Shown in pieces: positions 8,030 to 15,910 of a DNA stretch of 32,000 nt. Source of the DNA: Candidatus Njordarchaeum guaymasense (GTDB taxonomy: Archaea > Asgardarchaeota > Njordarchaeia > Njordarchaeales > Njordarchaeaceae); the NCBI GenBank assembly GCA_030587605.2, contig JAUQYT020000065.1, positions 1,604 to 33,603 of the forward strand, read 5' to 3'. Within the stretch, counting starts at the first letter, position 1; each line of letters begins with the position of its first letter. Both the position numbers and the translations under genes were made by a program. The notes beneath the pieces are model-generated. The model saw nothing but the letters and a program-made list of their open reading frames with translations, made no database searches and was not told the DNA's origin.

Positions 8030-8833
8030 TTATACAATCCTTGGAGCAAGTAGATAAGATAACTCGACGCCACCACCGATCATAAATGTAAGCTTTAGAG
8101 GCATATTCTTAGAATACTCTAATCGAACCATTTCAGAAACTCTCGAAGCACGCATGAATTTCTTCAGAAAATCTATTGAGTATAAGGATTCCGCATCATT
8201 TTTAACATTAAATTCGACAATAGTTTCTTCGCGATCTAGAGGCGCGAGATATTCATAAAAACCTCCGGTATCGCTTTCTACTACAAATTTAAGTTCCTTT
8301 TTTGATGCATTTGTGATTATTCTTAAATCTTCTCCAATTACGCTTGCATCGGAGATTATTTCCCCTAATGCTGATGCTGGAGCAAATTCTATAGAAACAT
8401 CATATTGTAATTCTTTGATGGGAATTTTCTCCTCGGGGATCTCTATTAATGGTAATGCAAAAGATCTTTGCAGACTTCTTTCTTCTAGGGTTCCCCGATA
8501 GAAAGTAACTGTAAAAAAGAATCTATCTCTCTCTTTTTTAAGCGAAAATATTACGCTATCTTTCGATTTTGCTCTTTGTATGATCTTCTTAAGTTCAGAA
8601 AAATTAATACCCATAACAATAGTCTCTTTTCCATCAGGGGGTTCAAAATCGTACTTCTGAAAGAGTGTTGCGGGCATATTCAATATAACCATTGCAACTC
8701 TTGATTCATCCATAGCCATAAACTCAAGCCCAGCTTCTCTTGCATAGAAATTTCCCTCATCTACAATATTTGAAATTGCAATTATAATTTCTTTTGCAAC
8801 TTTAGCATCGTCATACGCTGCTAACCATTCCAT
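8030..8833 (-). CDS. pcn: DNA polymerase sliding clamp PCNA
   Basis: 267 aa with the two-domain PCNA pattern: ...ISNIVDEGNFYAREAGLEFMAMDESRVAMV...PLKLTF.....LSYLLAPRI. Confidence 0.9.
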   Translation of the reverse strand: MEWLAAYDDAKVAKEIIIAISNIVDEGNFYAREAGLEFMAMDESRVAMVILNMPATLFQKYDFEPPDGKETIVMGINFSELKKIIQRAKSKDSVIFSLKKERDRFFFTVTFYRGTLEERSLQRSFALPLIEIPEEKIPIKELQYDVSIEFAPASALGEIISDASVIGEDLRIITNASKKELKFVVESDTGGFYEYLAPLDREETIVEFNVKNDAESLYSIDFLKKFMRASRVSEMVRLEYSKNMPLKLTFMIGGGVELSYLLAPRIV

Positions 8834-9243
8834 TTTAAATCACCATTTTTAATATTCAGACACTTTCTTTCTAACTTTATCAATAATTTATAAATATCTG
8901 GATTAAAAGATTCTATTATTCTAAGAATATGTGCATGTATTATAATGTTCCCATCAGAGAATATCTTAACACTTCCCCAAAAATCAACAAAAGACCCTAC
9001 TAAGCTATTTGAATTCTTTAAAGTGTTATAATGTGAAGAGCTCAGAACAACTACAAATCGTACTCCACGATCTTCACCTTTAAAAGGATCCTCTAAGGTT
9101 AGAAGGTTCCTTTCTATAGAGGCTATTTTTCCAATTAACCTTACTCTTAATGTTATTTCTTTTCTCTCATCTCTAAGTGAAGAAATTAATTGTACAAACT
9201 CGTCGAATAATAATTCTCTATAGGAAATATCCGATCGACTCAT
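8821..9243 (-). CDS. small OB-fold protein (RPA3/Ten1-like candidate). Its stop overlaps the PCNA start by 13 nt.
   Basis: 140 aa. LRVRLIGKIASIERNLLTLED...VGSFVDFWGSVKIFSDGNIIIHAHIL resembles the small single-OB subunits of RPA/CST. The assignment rests on pattern only. Confidence 0.4.
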   Translation of the reverse strand: MSRSDISYRELLFDEFVQLISSLRDERKEITLRVRLIGKIASIERNLLTLEDPFKGEDRGVRFVVVLSSSHYNTLKNSNSLVGSFVDFWGSVKIFSDGNIIIHAHILRIIESFNPDIYKLLIKLERKCLNIKNGDLKWNG

Positions 9244-9339
9244 TTCAAATCCATCGATATATAATATTTGTCTTAAACTATGTTCTTTGATGAAGAAAAA
9301 AATATAAATCTAAGGACCCAAATTTTTTAGTAAAAAAAC

Positions 9340-9404
9340 AAACGATGATGATTTCAGCCTTGAGCGATCACTTCAAATGAGCGACGATGGGCAGTCTGAG
9401 TTTT
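9340..9404 (+). ncRNA. candidate C/D-box sRNA (2'-O-methylation guide)
   Basis: - C box ATGATGA (9345-9351).
- 12-nt spacer.
- Weak D' GCGA (9364-9367).
- Weak C' ATGAGCG (9377-9383).
- 12-nt spacer.
- D box CTGA (9396-9399).
- Terminal AAAC/GTTT pairing, then a T-run.
- The heptamer TGAGCGA occurs twice (9361-9367 and 9378-9384). Confidence 0.4.
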
Positions 9405-9491
9405 TCTTATATCTCTAAAAGATAATAAGGAAAAAACCACTATTTAGCCATCATTAACAATTAGTTAGTAAATATAATCTCAAAAGAAAAG

Positions 9492-9500
9492 TTTAAAATA
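9492..9500 (+). promoter_or_regulatory. TATA box (TTTAAAATA) with a purine-rich BRE-like stretch upstream; promoter of the permuted 5S rRNA gene
   Basis: Matches the archaeal TTTAWATA-type consensus. Its centre is about 30 nt upstream of the first base of the flanking helix at 9526. Confidence 0.55.
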
Positions 9501-9525
9501 CTTTTACTACTAATCGAATGACTAG

Positions 9526-9676
9526 TGCCCCTGGGCCGGAAGCTAAGCTCCTCCACGGAGTTCCGAGTACCGTAGTGGGCGACTCTACGGGAAAGGGCTC
9601 TGCTGCCTCCTTCGGGAGGCGGCCATAGGGAGGAGGCTACGCCCGAACCCATTCCGAACTCGGAAACCCAGGGGCA
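9526..9676 (+). rRNA. circularly permuted 5S rRNA gene with flanking bulge-helix-bulge processing helix; the predicted mature (circular) part is 9542-9665, 124 nt
   Basis: - 9615-9665 is the 5S 5' third (GGAGGCGGCCAUAGGGAGGAGGCUACGCCCGAACCCAUUCCGAACUCGGAA).
- It lies downstream of 9542-9610, the 5S 3' two-thirds (GCUAAGCUCCUCC...GAGUACCGUAG...CUACGGGAAAGGGCUCUGCUGCCUCC).
- Helix I is capped by UUCG (9611-9614).
- Helices II, III, IV and V and loop E can all be drawn.
- The flanks 9526-9535 and 9667-9676 are perfectly complementary. Confidence 0.85.
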
Positions 9677-9751
9677 TCTACTTGAGTTCTACTTATAGTA
9701 TTTTCATAGAGTTTTAATTTATAATTTCTTGATCTTCTTAAAGAAATCATC

Positions 9752-10336
9752 ATGGTGACTACCTTGTTGATTGAAATCACTTGGGTTGGTCGTGGAGGAC
9801 AAGGTGCTGTTACCGCGTCAAGACTTTTTGCGAGTGCGGTCTATAGAGAAAATTATTGGGCTCAATCTATTGTTTTTTTTGGAGCGGAAAGAAGAGGCGC
9901 ACCAGTCTATGCATATAATCGATTATCAGATAAAGTAATTAAATTTCATCATTTCGTAAATAGTCCCGATATTGCCATATTTTTCGATTTAGAATTACTA
10001 AAGATAACAAAGGTTTTACAGAATCTTAAAGATGGTGGCTCTATCCTCTTGAATTATAGTGGTTCTCTGAGCTCAATAAAGAATATTATTCCTAAAAAGG
10101 TTAAAAAAATTGGAATAGTAGATGCCACAGGTATTGCTGTTGAGCTTGAACTTACAATAGCGGGACTTCATGTCATAAATACTGCTATGTTGGGAGCACT
10201 ATCAAGAATTCTAAATCTTCCTTCGATAGACGCTATTCAATATGTTATTAAAAATAACTGGCCAGGAAAAATAGGTGAAAAAAACGCAATAGCTGCAACA
10301 AAGGCTTATAATAATATTGAAATAACCGAGTTATAA
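9752..10336 (+). CDS. porG: 2-oxoacid:ferredoxin oxidoreductase gamma subunit (pyruvate/2-ketoisovalerate type; substrate not resolvable here)
   Basis: GRGGQGAVTASRLFA motif, 194 aa, first gene of a gamma-delta-alpha-beta operon. Confidence 0.85.
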   Translation: MVTTLLIEITWVGRGGQGAVTASRLFASAVYRENYWAQSIVFFGAERRGAPVYAYNRLSDKVIKFHHFVNSPDIAIFFDLELLKITKVLQNLKDGGSILLNYSGSLSSIKNIIPKKVKKIGIVDATGIAVELELTIAGLHVINTAMLGALSRILNLPSIDAIQYVIKNNWPGKIGEKNAIAATKAYNNIEITEL

Positions 10337-10358
10337 TGTTGTTTTATGGTGATGCGAA

Positions 10359-10634
10359 ATGACTCAGGAACCAGATCATTTAATTCTACCCATTTCACAC
10401 CCAAAAATCGGTGCTGGTGGTAAAACTGGTGCTTGGCGCGTTTTTAGACCAATAATAGATGAAAATAAGTGCATTAAATGCCTTCTGTGCTGGATACATT
10501 GCCCAGAAAATGCGATAATAGTTAAACAAAGAGATCAGATTCCGCAAATTGATTACGAGTATTGTAAAGGCTGTTTCGTATGCGCAGATGTCTGCCCTAA
10601 AGATGCAATTAAAAAAATAAGAGAGGGGATTTGA
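10359..10634 (+). CDS. porD: 2-oxoacid:ferredoxin oxidoreductase delta subunit (2x[4Fe-4S] ferredoxin-like)
   Basis: Two CxxCxxCxxxCP motifs: CIKCLLCWIHCP and CKGCFVCADVCP. 91 aa. Confidence 0.88.
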   Translation: MTQEPDHLILPISHPKIGAGGKTGAWRVFRPIIDENKCIKCLLCWIHCPENAIIVKQRDQIPQIDYEYCKGCFVCADVCPKDAIKKIREGI

Positions 10635-10635
10635 A

Positions 10636-11784
10636 ATGATAACCGAGTCAAAAGGTACTGTTAAAGTTATTACTGGGAATGCAGCTGCAGCATGGGGTGC
10701 TAGATTAAGTAGACCTGATGTAATTGCGGCATATCCTATAACGCCACAAACAACCATTGTTGAAACATTAGCAAGATGGGTCGATACTGGTGAATTAAAA
10801 GCACATATGATACGAGTCGAATCAGAACATTCAGCAATGGCAGCAGTCATGGGCGCTTCTGCTGCAGGAGCTCGTACATATACGGCAACATCAAGTCAAG
10901 GCTTATTGTACATGGCTGAAATGATTAGCTGGGCGGCTGGTGCAAGAACTCCTATCGTGATGTCAGTAGTTGATAGAGCTCTAGGACCACCATGGAATAT
11001 CTGGAGTGAACATACTGATGCTCTAATGTTAAGAGATTCTGGCTGGATCCTATTCTGGGCAGCAAATAATCAGGAAGTTTTAGATTCAGTAATCCAAGCA
11101 TATAAGATTGCTGAACATAAAGAGGTGATACTTCCGGCAATGGTTATGCATGATGGCTTTATACTTAGTCATACAACAATGCCTGTCGAGATCCCAAAAC
11201 AAGAGCTCGTAGATGAATTTTTGCCCCCATATGATCCGCCTCACTATGTAATGAATCCTAAAGTTTCACCACCGATTACATTTGGAAATATTGCTCTGCC
11301 TGCAGATTATGTAAAATTCCGATTATCTATTGAAAAAGCGATGAAGAATGCTAAAAAAATTATTAAGAAGGTCGCTGCCGAATTTAAAGAATTTTTTGGT
11401 AGATGGCATGGGGATCTAGTAAGCTACTATAACACAGAAGGTGTAGATACTATAGTAATCGCACTTGGAAATGTAGCTGAACAGGTGGAAGCAACAATCG
11501 ATTCTTCCAAAGAACTCAAAAAAAGAGCTGGCGTTGTTAAAGTTCGAGCCTTTAGACCATTTCCAAAAGAAGAAATCGTGGATATAGCTAGGAAAGTTAG
11601 TAATATTGTTGTAATTGATCGAGATATCTCTTTCGGTTGGGGCGGTATATTAGCAGGAGAAGTACGGGCCACACTTCATGAATTTAGAGTAGATACTCCG
11701 GTATACGGTAAAATCATGGGCATTGGAGGAGATGAAATTCTTCCAGAACATATAGAAAAGTCTCTTAATGAGATTCTGAGGTGA
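10636..11784 (+). CDS. porA: 2-oxoacid:ferredoxin oxidoreductase alpha subunit
   Basis: GNAAAAWGARLSRPDVIAAYPITPQT...ESEHSAMAAVMGASAAGARTYTATSSQGL is typical of the alpha subunit. Confidence 0.9.
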   Translation: MITESKGTVKVITGNAAAAWGARLSRPDVIAAYPITPQTTIVETLARWVDTGELKAHMIRVESEHSAMAAVMGASAAGARTYTATSSQGLLYMAEMISWAAGARTPIVMSVVDRALGPPWNIWSEHTDALMLRDSGWILFWAANNQEVLDSVIQAYKIAEHKEVILPAMVMHDGFILSHTTMPVEIPKQELVDEFLPPYDPPHYVMNPKVSPPITFGNIALPADYVKFRLSIEKAMKNAKKIIKKVAAEFKEFFGRWHGDLVSYYNTEGVDTIVIALGNVAEQVEATIDSSKELKKRAGVVKVRAFRPFPKEEIVDIARKVSNIVVIDRDISFGWGGILAGEVRATLHEFRVDTPVYGKIMGIGGDEILPEHIEKSLNEILR

Positions 11785-11789
11785 TTTAA

Positions 11790-12701
11790 ATGACCAAAAC
11801 GATATACGATGAATTAATTGAACGAGAGGATCTCGTCCTTCCAGGAAATACATCATGCCCTGGATGCGGATCAATACTTGCACTTAGATATGTACTTAAG
11901 GCCTTAGGTAAGGATACTATTATAGTTATTCCTGCTTCTTGCTCCAGTGTTTATCAAGCGATATTTCCATACTCGTCTATAAAAGTTCATATATTTAACA
12001 CCGCTTTCGCATCTGCAGCCGCTGTAGCATCAGGACTTAAGCATGCATTAGTGGCAAAAGGTTATGATGATGTTAATGTCCTAGTCTGGGGCGGAGACGG
12101 TGGACTTATTGATATCGGGTTCGCAACAGTAAGCGGAGCTGCAGAGAGAAATGAGGATATTATAGTAGCAGTATATGATAATGAAGCGTATATGAATACT
12201 GGAATTCAACGCTCAGGGAGCACACCTCCTGGTGCAATTACTACTACAACATACGCTGGTAAAAGTGAAGAGAAGAAGCCTATGCCATACCTCATGCTAT
12301 TACATGGTGTTCCTTATGTAGCAACTGCATCGAGTGGCTATCCTTTAGATTTATATCAGAAAGTTAAAAAAGCACGCAATATCCATGGTTTTCGATTTTT
12401 ACATATTTTCGCGCCGTGTCCGCCGGGATGGCGATTCGATGATTCAAAAACAGTAACTGTTGCCAAGTTGGCTGTTGAAACAGGATACTGGATTCTATGG
12501 GAAGCTGAGCAAACAGATCATGGACTTAATTTCTCGATCTCAGGTCCATCAAGGCCATACATTGACCCAGCTCGCAGGAAGCCTTTAGAAGATTATCTTA
12601 TGTTACAAGGAAGATTTAGGAATATCTCGCCAGAGAAAATCAATTTAATAAAGAAATATATTGATAATCAATGGGAGTTTATAAAGCGTTTTCTAGAATA
12701 A
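11790..12701 (+). CDS. porB: 2-oxoacid:ferredoxin oxidoreductase beta subunit (TPP-binding)
   Basis: CPGCG near the N-terminus and TPP-binding GGDGGLIDIGF...YDNEAYMNTGIQRS. GAGGTGA lies 5 nt before the ATG. Confidence 0.9.
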   Translation: MTKTIYDELIEREDLVLPGNTSCPGCGSILALRYVLKALGKDTIIVIPASCSSVYQAIFPYSSIKVHIFNTAFASAAAVASGLKHALVAKGYDDVNVLVWGGDGGLIDIGFATVSGAAERNEDIIVAVYDNEAYMNTGIQRSGSTPPGAITTTTYAGKSEEKKPMPYLMLLHGVPYVATASSGYPLDLYQKVKKARNIHGFRFLHIFAPCPPGWRFDDSKTVTVAKLAVETGYWILWEAEQTDHGLNFSISGPSRPYIDPARRKPLEDYLMLQGRFRNISPEKINLIKKYIDNQWEFIKRFLE

Positions 12702-12774
12702 TATAGCATTTCTACCATATCTTTTACTATAATTTTTTAAGTTTGTTACGATCACAAATAGAGGGGCCTGGGAA

Positions 12775-13614
12775 ATGTGCAGTAAGCTTGGGATTGTAAC
12801 ATCTAAGAAAGATCCTGCAAGTATGAATATTCGAAAAGTGCTGTTAGATTTAGAAGATTGGTATTTATCTGAGTATACTTTCAAAGACGAACCAATCCTT
12901 GAATCTAAAAAATACTACCTTATAACGATAAGAGATGATTTGATTTTTTCTGATTATTTAAAAAATCTGCCTATACCCATTACAGGTTTAATTTTTGCAA
13001 GCAGACATGAATCGAAGTCCAAAATTCCTAGCTTACTAGTTCATTTTCCCGGAAATTGGACCGATTCTGCCCCATATGGGGGGCGACCGAGGAGCCTATC
13101 TATAGCAGATCCGCTAAGAATGAAGGCTCTCTTTATCACTCTTTTAAATGTTCATCATGAATATAACCTGGAAGGTATAACTGTTGGTATTGAAGTAACT
13201 CACCATGGTCCAACTGACCTAAATTTTCCATCCGTTTTTATAGAAATTGGTAGTAGCTTAGAAATGTGGAAAAATCCAAAGCTTGGTGAAATTATTTCCC
13301 GCACAATACTTGAGCATGAAAAAAATATACCAGATAATAATACGATTGCATTAGGATTTGGTGGTCCGCACTACGCCCCGAACTTCGTAAAAATCATTAC
13401 TCAAAAAAAATTCGCTTTGAGTCATATCGCTCCAAAATATGTTCTAGATTATATTGATAAGAATATAATACTACATGCATTCGAACGGTCTAATCCTGTT
13501 CCAGAGATTGCTATTTTAGATTGGAAGGGAATGTCCAGAGACCATAGAATGAGAATTAAAGATTTAATCAGCACATATCTGGGGATAGATGTTATAAAAA
13601 CATCTGAAATTTAA
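12775..13614 (+). CDS. dtdA: D-aminoacyl-tRNA deacylase, archaeal type (DTD2)
   Basis: KKDPASMNI, FASRHESKSKIPSLLVHFPGNW, VTHHGPT, PSVFIEIGSS and GGPHYAP follow the DTD2 family pattern. Confidence 0.85.
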   Translation: MCSKLGIVTSKKDPASMNIRKVLLDLEDWYLSEYTFKDEPILESKKYYLITIRDDLIFSDYLKNLPIPITGLIFASRHESKSKIPSLLVHFPGNWTDSAPYGGRPRSLSIADPLRMKALFITLLNVHHEYNLEGITVGIEVTHHGPTDLNFPSVFIEIGSSLEMWKNPKLGEIISRTILEHEKNIPDNNTIALGFGGPHYAPNFVKIITQKKFALSHIAPKYVLDYIDKNIILHAFERSNPVPEIAILDWKGMSRDHRMRIKDLISTYLGIDVIKTSEI

Positions 13615-13642
13615 TTTAGACTTATAATAGGTGTCTATAATT

Positions 13643-14536
13643 TTATAATAATGCCTTAGAGAGTAAGTGTGGCTGCGAAAAAATATCATTTAATTTCTTT
13701 CTTAATTCTCTATATCTGTTTCTAACAGTTACTTCTGTTATAGCTGCAACCTCTGCAATTCTTTTTTGTGTTCTCTTCTCGCCAAGCTCTAATGAAGCAA
13801 AATAAAGGGCCGCTGCAGCCAAACCTGCAGGATCCTTGCCGATTCCAAGACCCCGCTCCTTTGCACTCTGCGATATAAATAGTGCAAGTTTAATGCATTT
13901 ACCAGAAAGACCTAATTCTTTACCAAAGGAAATTATGTACTTTTCCGGATCTGGAGGCTTAATACTAACGCCCACAATTTCTTTGAGCATCTTAAATGCT
14001 TTAGATACTGCTTTTTTCCTGACTTTTGTTACTCTTATTATTTTATCCAGAGGCTTTGGGTTATTTGTCATTCTAGATGCAGCATATAAGGCTGCGGCTA
14101 CCATTGCATTTTTTTCTTTTTCTCTAATATTTTTCTTATGGATGTACAATGATAATAGACGTATAGCAGTTACACGGGTCACTGCAGTTAGTTTTAATTT
14201 ATTAGCAAATTCCTCCAAGATATACTTAATACGGACGAAACTTTTTTCGATAGGCGAGCTTATAGGTACTGTTGAATATTTTCCGTTATCTTCCTTTATC
14301 GCTGTTCTAGACATATCTTCTGGGGCTTCTAACATAGTTAATTTTGATGTTCTAGATTTTCTAGAGATATCTGTAGGGTTAAAAATTCTCCATTCTCTTT
14401 CTGGTGTGATTCTAACTTCATCAATTATAAAACCGCAATTACCACAGACAATATAACCATCATAAACTATAATTTCTTTAGATCCACAATAAGGACATTG
14501 CTTTGGAATTTCATCATCCTCTCTATTAGAGAACAT
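13643..14536 (-). CDS. tfb: transcription initiation factor TFB (TFIIB homologue)
   Basis: N-terminal zinc ribbon CPYCGSKEIIVYDGYIVCGNCGFIIDE, followed by two cyclin-like repeats (...AAALYAASR..., ...AAAALYFASL...VTEVTVRNRYREL). Confidence 0.92.
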   Translation of the reverse strand: MFSNREDDEIPKQCPYCGSKEIIVYDGYIVCGNCGFIIDEVRITPEREWRIFNPTDISRKSRTSKLTMLEAPEDMSRTAIKEDNGKYSTVPISSPIEKSFVRIKYILEEFANKLKLTAVTRVTAIRLLSLYIHKKNIREKEKNAMVAAALYAASRMTNNPKPLDKIIRVTKVRKKAVSKAFKMLKEIVGVSIKPPDPEKYIISFGKELGLSGKCIKLALFISQSAKERGLGIGKDPAGLAAAALYFASLELGEKRTQKRIAEVAAITEVTVRNRYRELRKKLNDIFSQPHLLSKALL

Positions 14537-14691
14537 AAAAACCCCTCAAATAGGTTAAGAAAACTAAAAAATTTTACCTAGATTTATTTGATTTGGCATG
14601 TTATTATAAATTAAATTAATATCATACAAAATATATGAATATTCTGTAGGAATTAGTTATGAATCATCAACTTAGTTGAGGTGCATATTAG

Positions 14692-15795
14692 TTGAAATCC
14701 AAACTAACGTTACTATGGGAACGCTCAGGCCTAGGGCCGGCATCCTTTGGCATAGGTGCTTCTGACGTTAATGACGACGATATGATCGAAGTTATTTTCG
14801 ACAATGGGCTGGGTGATGTTTTTCTCCTAGATAACACAGGAACTATTCTTAAAAAAAATAAGCTTCTAGAGAGAAAATCAATGGATATTAAAATTAGACG
14901 TAACCCTGTTAATGGAAGGAAGGAAATCTATATTGCACACGAACCAAATAAAATCTCTAAGGTTTCTTCTGATTTGGAACTTATTTGGAGCGTCGAACTT
15001 TCAAGTATACCACTAATGCTAATTGAAGGAGACATTAATGGTGATAATCTCCGTGAAATTGGTGCAATTACCGCCATGGGCACTGTAGAGTTCCTTAAAA
15101 ATGAATCATACGTATTAAGAATTCCTCTTGCGCACCCAATTATCAATGTTTCTCTTATCGACACTAATGGTGATGGCCAAGATGACATTGTGGCAGTCTA
15201 TGCGCAAAAAAGGCTTTCTATTTTCAGTTATGATGAAAATGAACTTCCAAATAAATATAAAGTTCTAAGAGATTTTTCCATCAGGGATTCAATAATATAT
15301 GCTACAATGTGCGATCTCGAGGGAGAAGAAAGAAAAAAACTACTTGTTGCTACAGATATCGGGGAGATTCTTCAATATAACTTTAGAGAAGGTAATTTTA
15401 AGAGAATTCTTAAGACGCAAGCGGTACTTAAATCGCTTGCTATAGGAGATATCGATGGAAATGGAGAAAATGAAATCATCATAAGTGGAACAAGAAAAGG
15501 CAAATCAGTTATATTCATAGCTACTAAAAGAGGAGGGATAATTTTCATGAAAGAGCTTAAAGGAGAAATATCCCGTCCAAAGCTTGGAGATATTGATGGT
15601 GATAAGAGGCCTGAGATCATTTTTACAGACTTTGGGCCACATATTTATGCTTTAGATCCCATAAATGTGGAGCTTTATGAGCTAAAGGTTAATGAAACAA
15701 TCATTAGAATTATCACTGAGGATATAAATGCGGATGGCAAAGATGAGATTCTAGCAAAAACTGTAAGCGGTATACTGGCAATAGGCTTAACGTAA
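14692..15795 (+). CDS. FG-GAP/VCBS-repeat beta-propeller protein (seven repeats); no evident signal peptide or TM segment
   Basis: Seven spaced Ca-loop-like motifs: SDVNDDDMIEVIF, GDINGDNLREIG, IDTNGDGQDDIVAV, CDLEGEERKKLLVA, GDIDGNGENEIIIS, GDIDGDKRPEIIFT, EDINADGKDEILAK. TTG start. Confidence 0.75.
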   Translation: MKSKLTLLWERSGLGPASFGIGASDVNDDDMIEVIFDNGLGDVFLLDNTGTILKKNKLLERKSMDIKIRRNPVNGRKEIYIAHEPNKISKVSSDLELIWSVELSSIPLMLIEGDINGDNLREIGAITAMGTVEFLKNESYVLRIPLAHPIINVSLIDTNGDGQDDIVAVYAQKRLSIFSYDENELPNKYKVLRDFSIRDSIIYATMCDLEGEERKKLLVATDIGEILQYNFREGNFKRILKTQAVLKSLAIGDIDGNGENEIIISGTRKGKSVIFIATKRGGIIFMKELKGEISRPKLGDIDGDKRPEIIFTDFGPHIYALDPINVELYELKVNETIIRIITEDINADGKDEILAKTVSGILAIGLT

Positions 15796-15910
15796 GTTTA
15801 AATAAATTACAATATCTTAAAAAATAAATGTATAATGTTATTTGATGTTCCAACTTTTTTTGGATATTTAATACATATAAGTAAAGAACGGGCGGAAATC
15901 GGGGATTTAA

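Noticed and set aside
9461-9652. 63-aa minus-strand ORF from the ORF track
   Set aside because: It lies entirely across the GC-rich permuted 5S rRNA locus. The amino-acid sequence is G/S/R/P-rich, as expected from translating structured RNA. It has no start context.
9526-9676. Reading the GC-rich island as an ordinary collinear 5S gene, an SRP RNA or an RNase P RNA
   Set aside because: - The CCGAAC...GGAAG.UAAG, loop E and helix IV signatures are 5S-specific.
- The block containing CCAUAG...CCGAACUCGGAA lies downstream of the block that should follow it, so a collinear reading cannot form helices I-III.
- The locus is too short and lacks the motifs of SRP or RNase P RNA.
10395-10850. 151-aa minus-strand ORF
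   Set aside because: It is antisense to the porD/porA junction. Both plus-strand genes have strong family motifs.
13836-14456. 206-aa plus-strand ORF
   Set aside because: It is antisense to the clearly recognisable TFB gene. Its composition is S/L/I/F-rich, typical of the shadow frame in AT-rich DNA.
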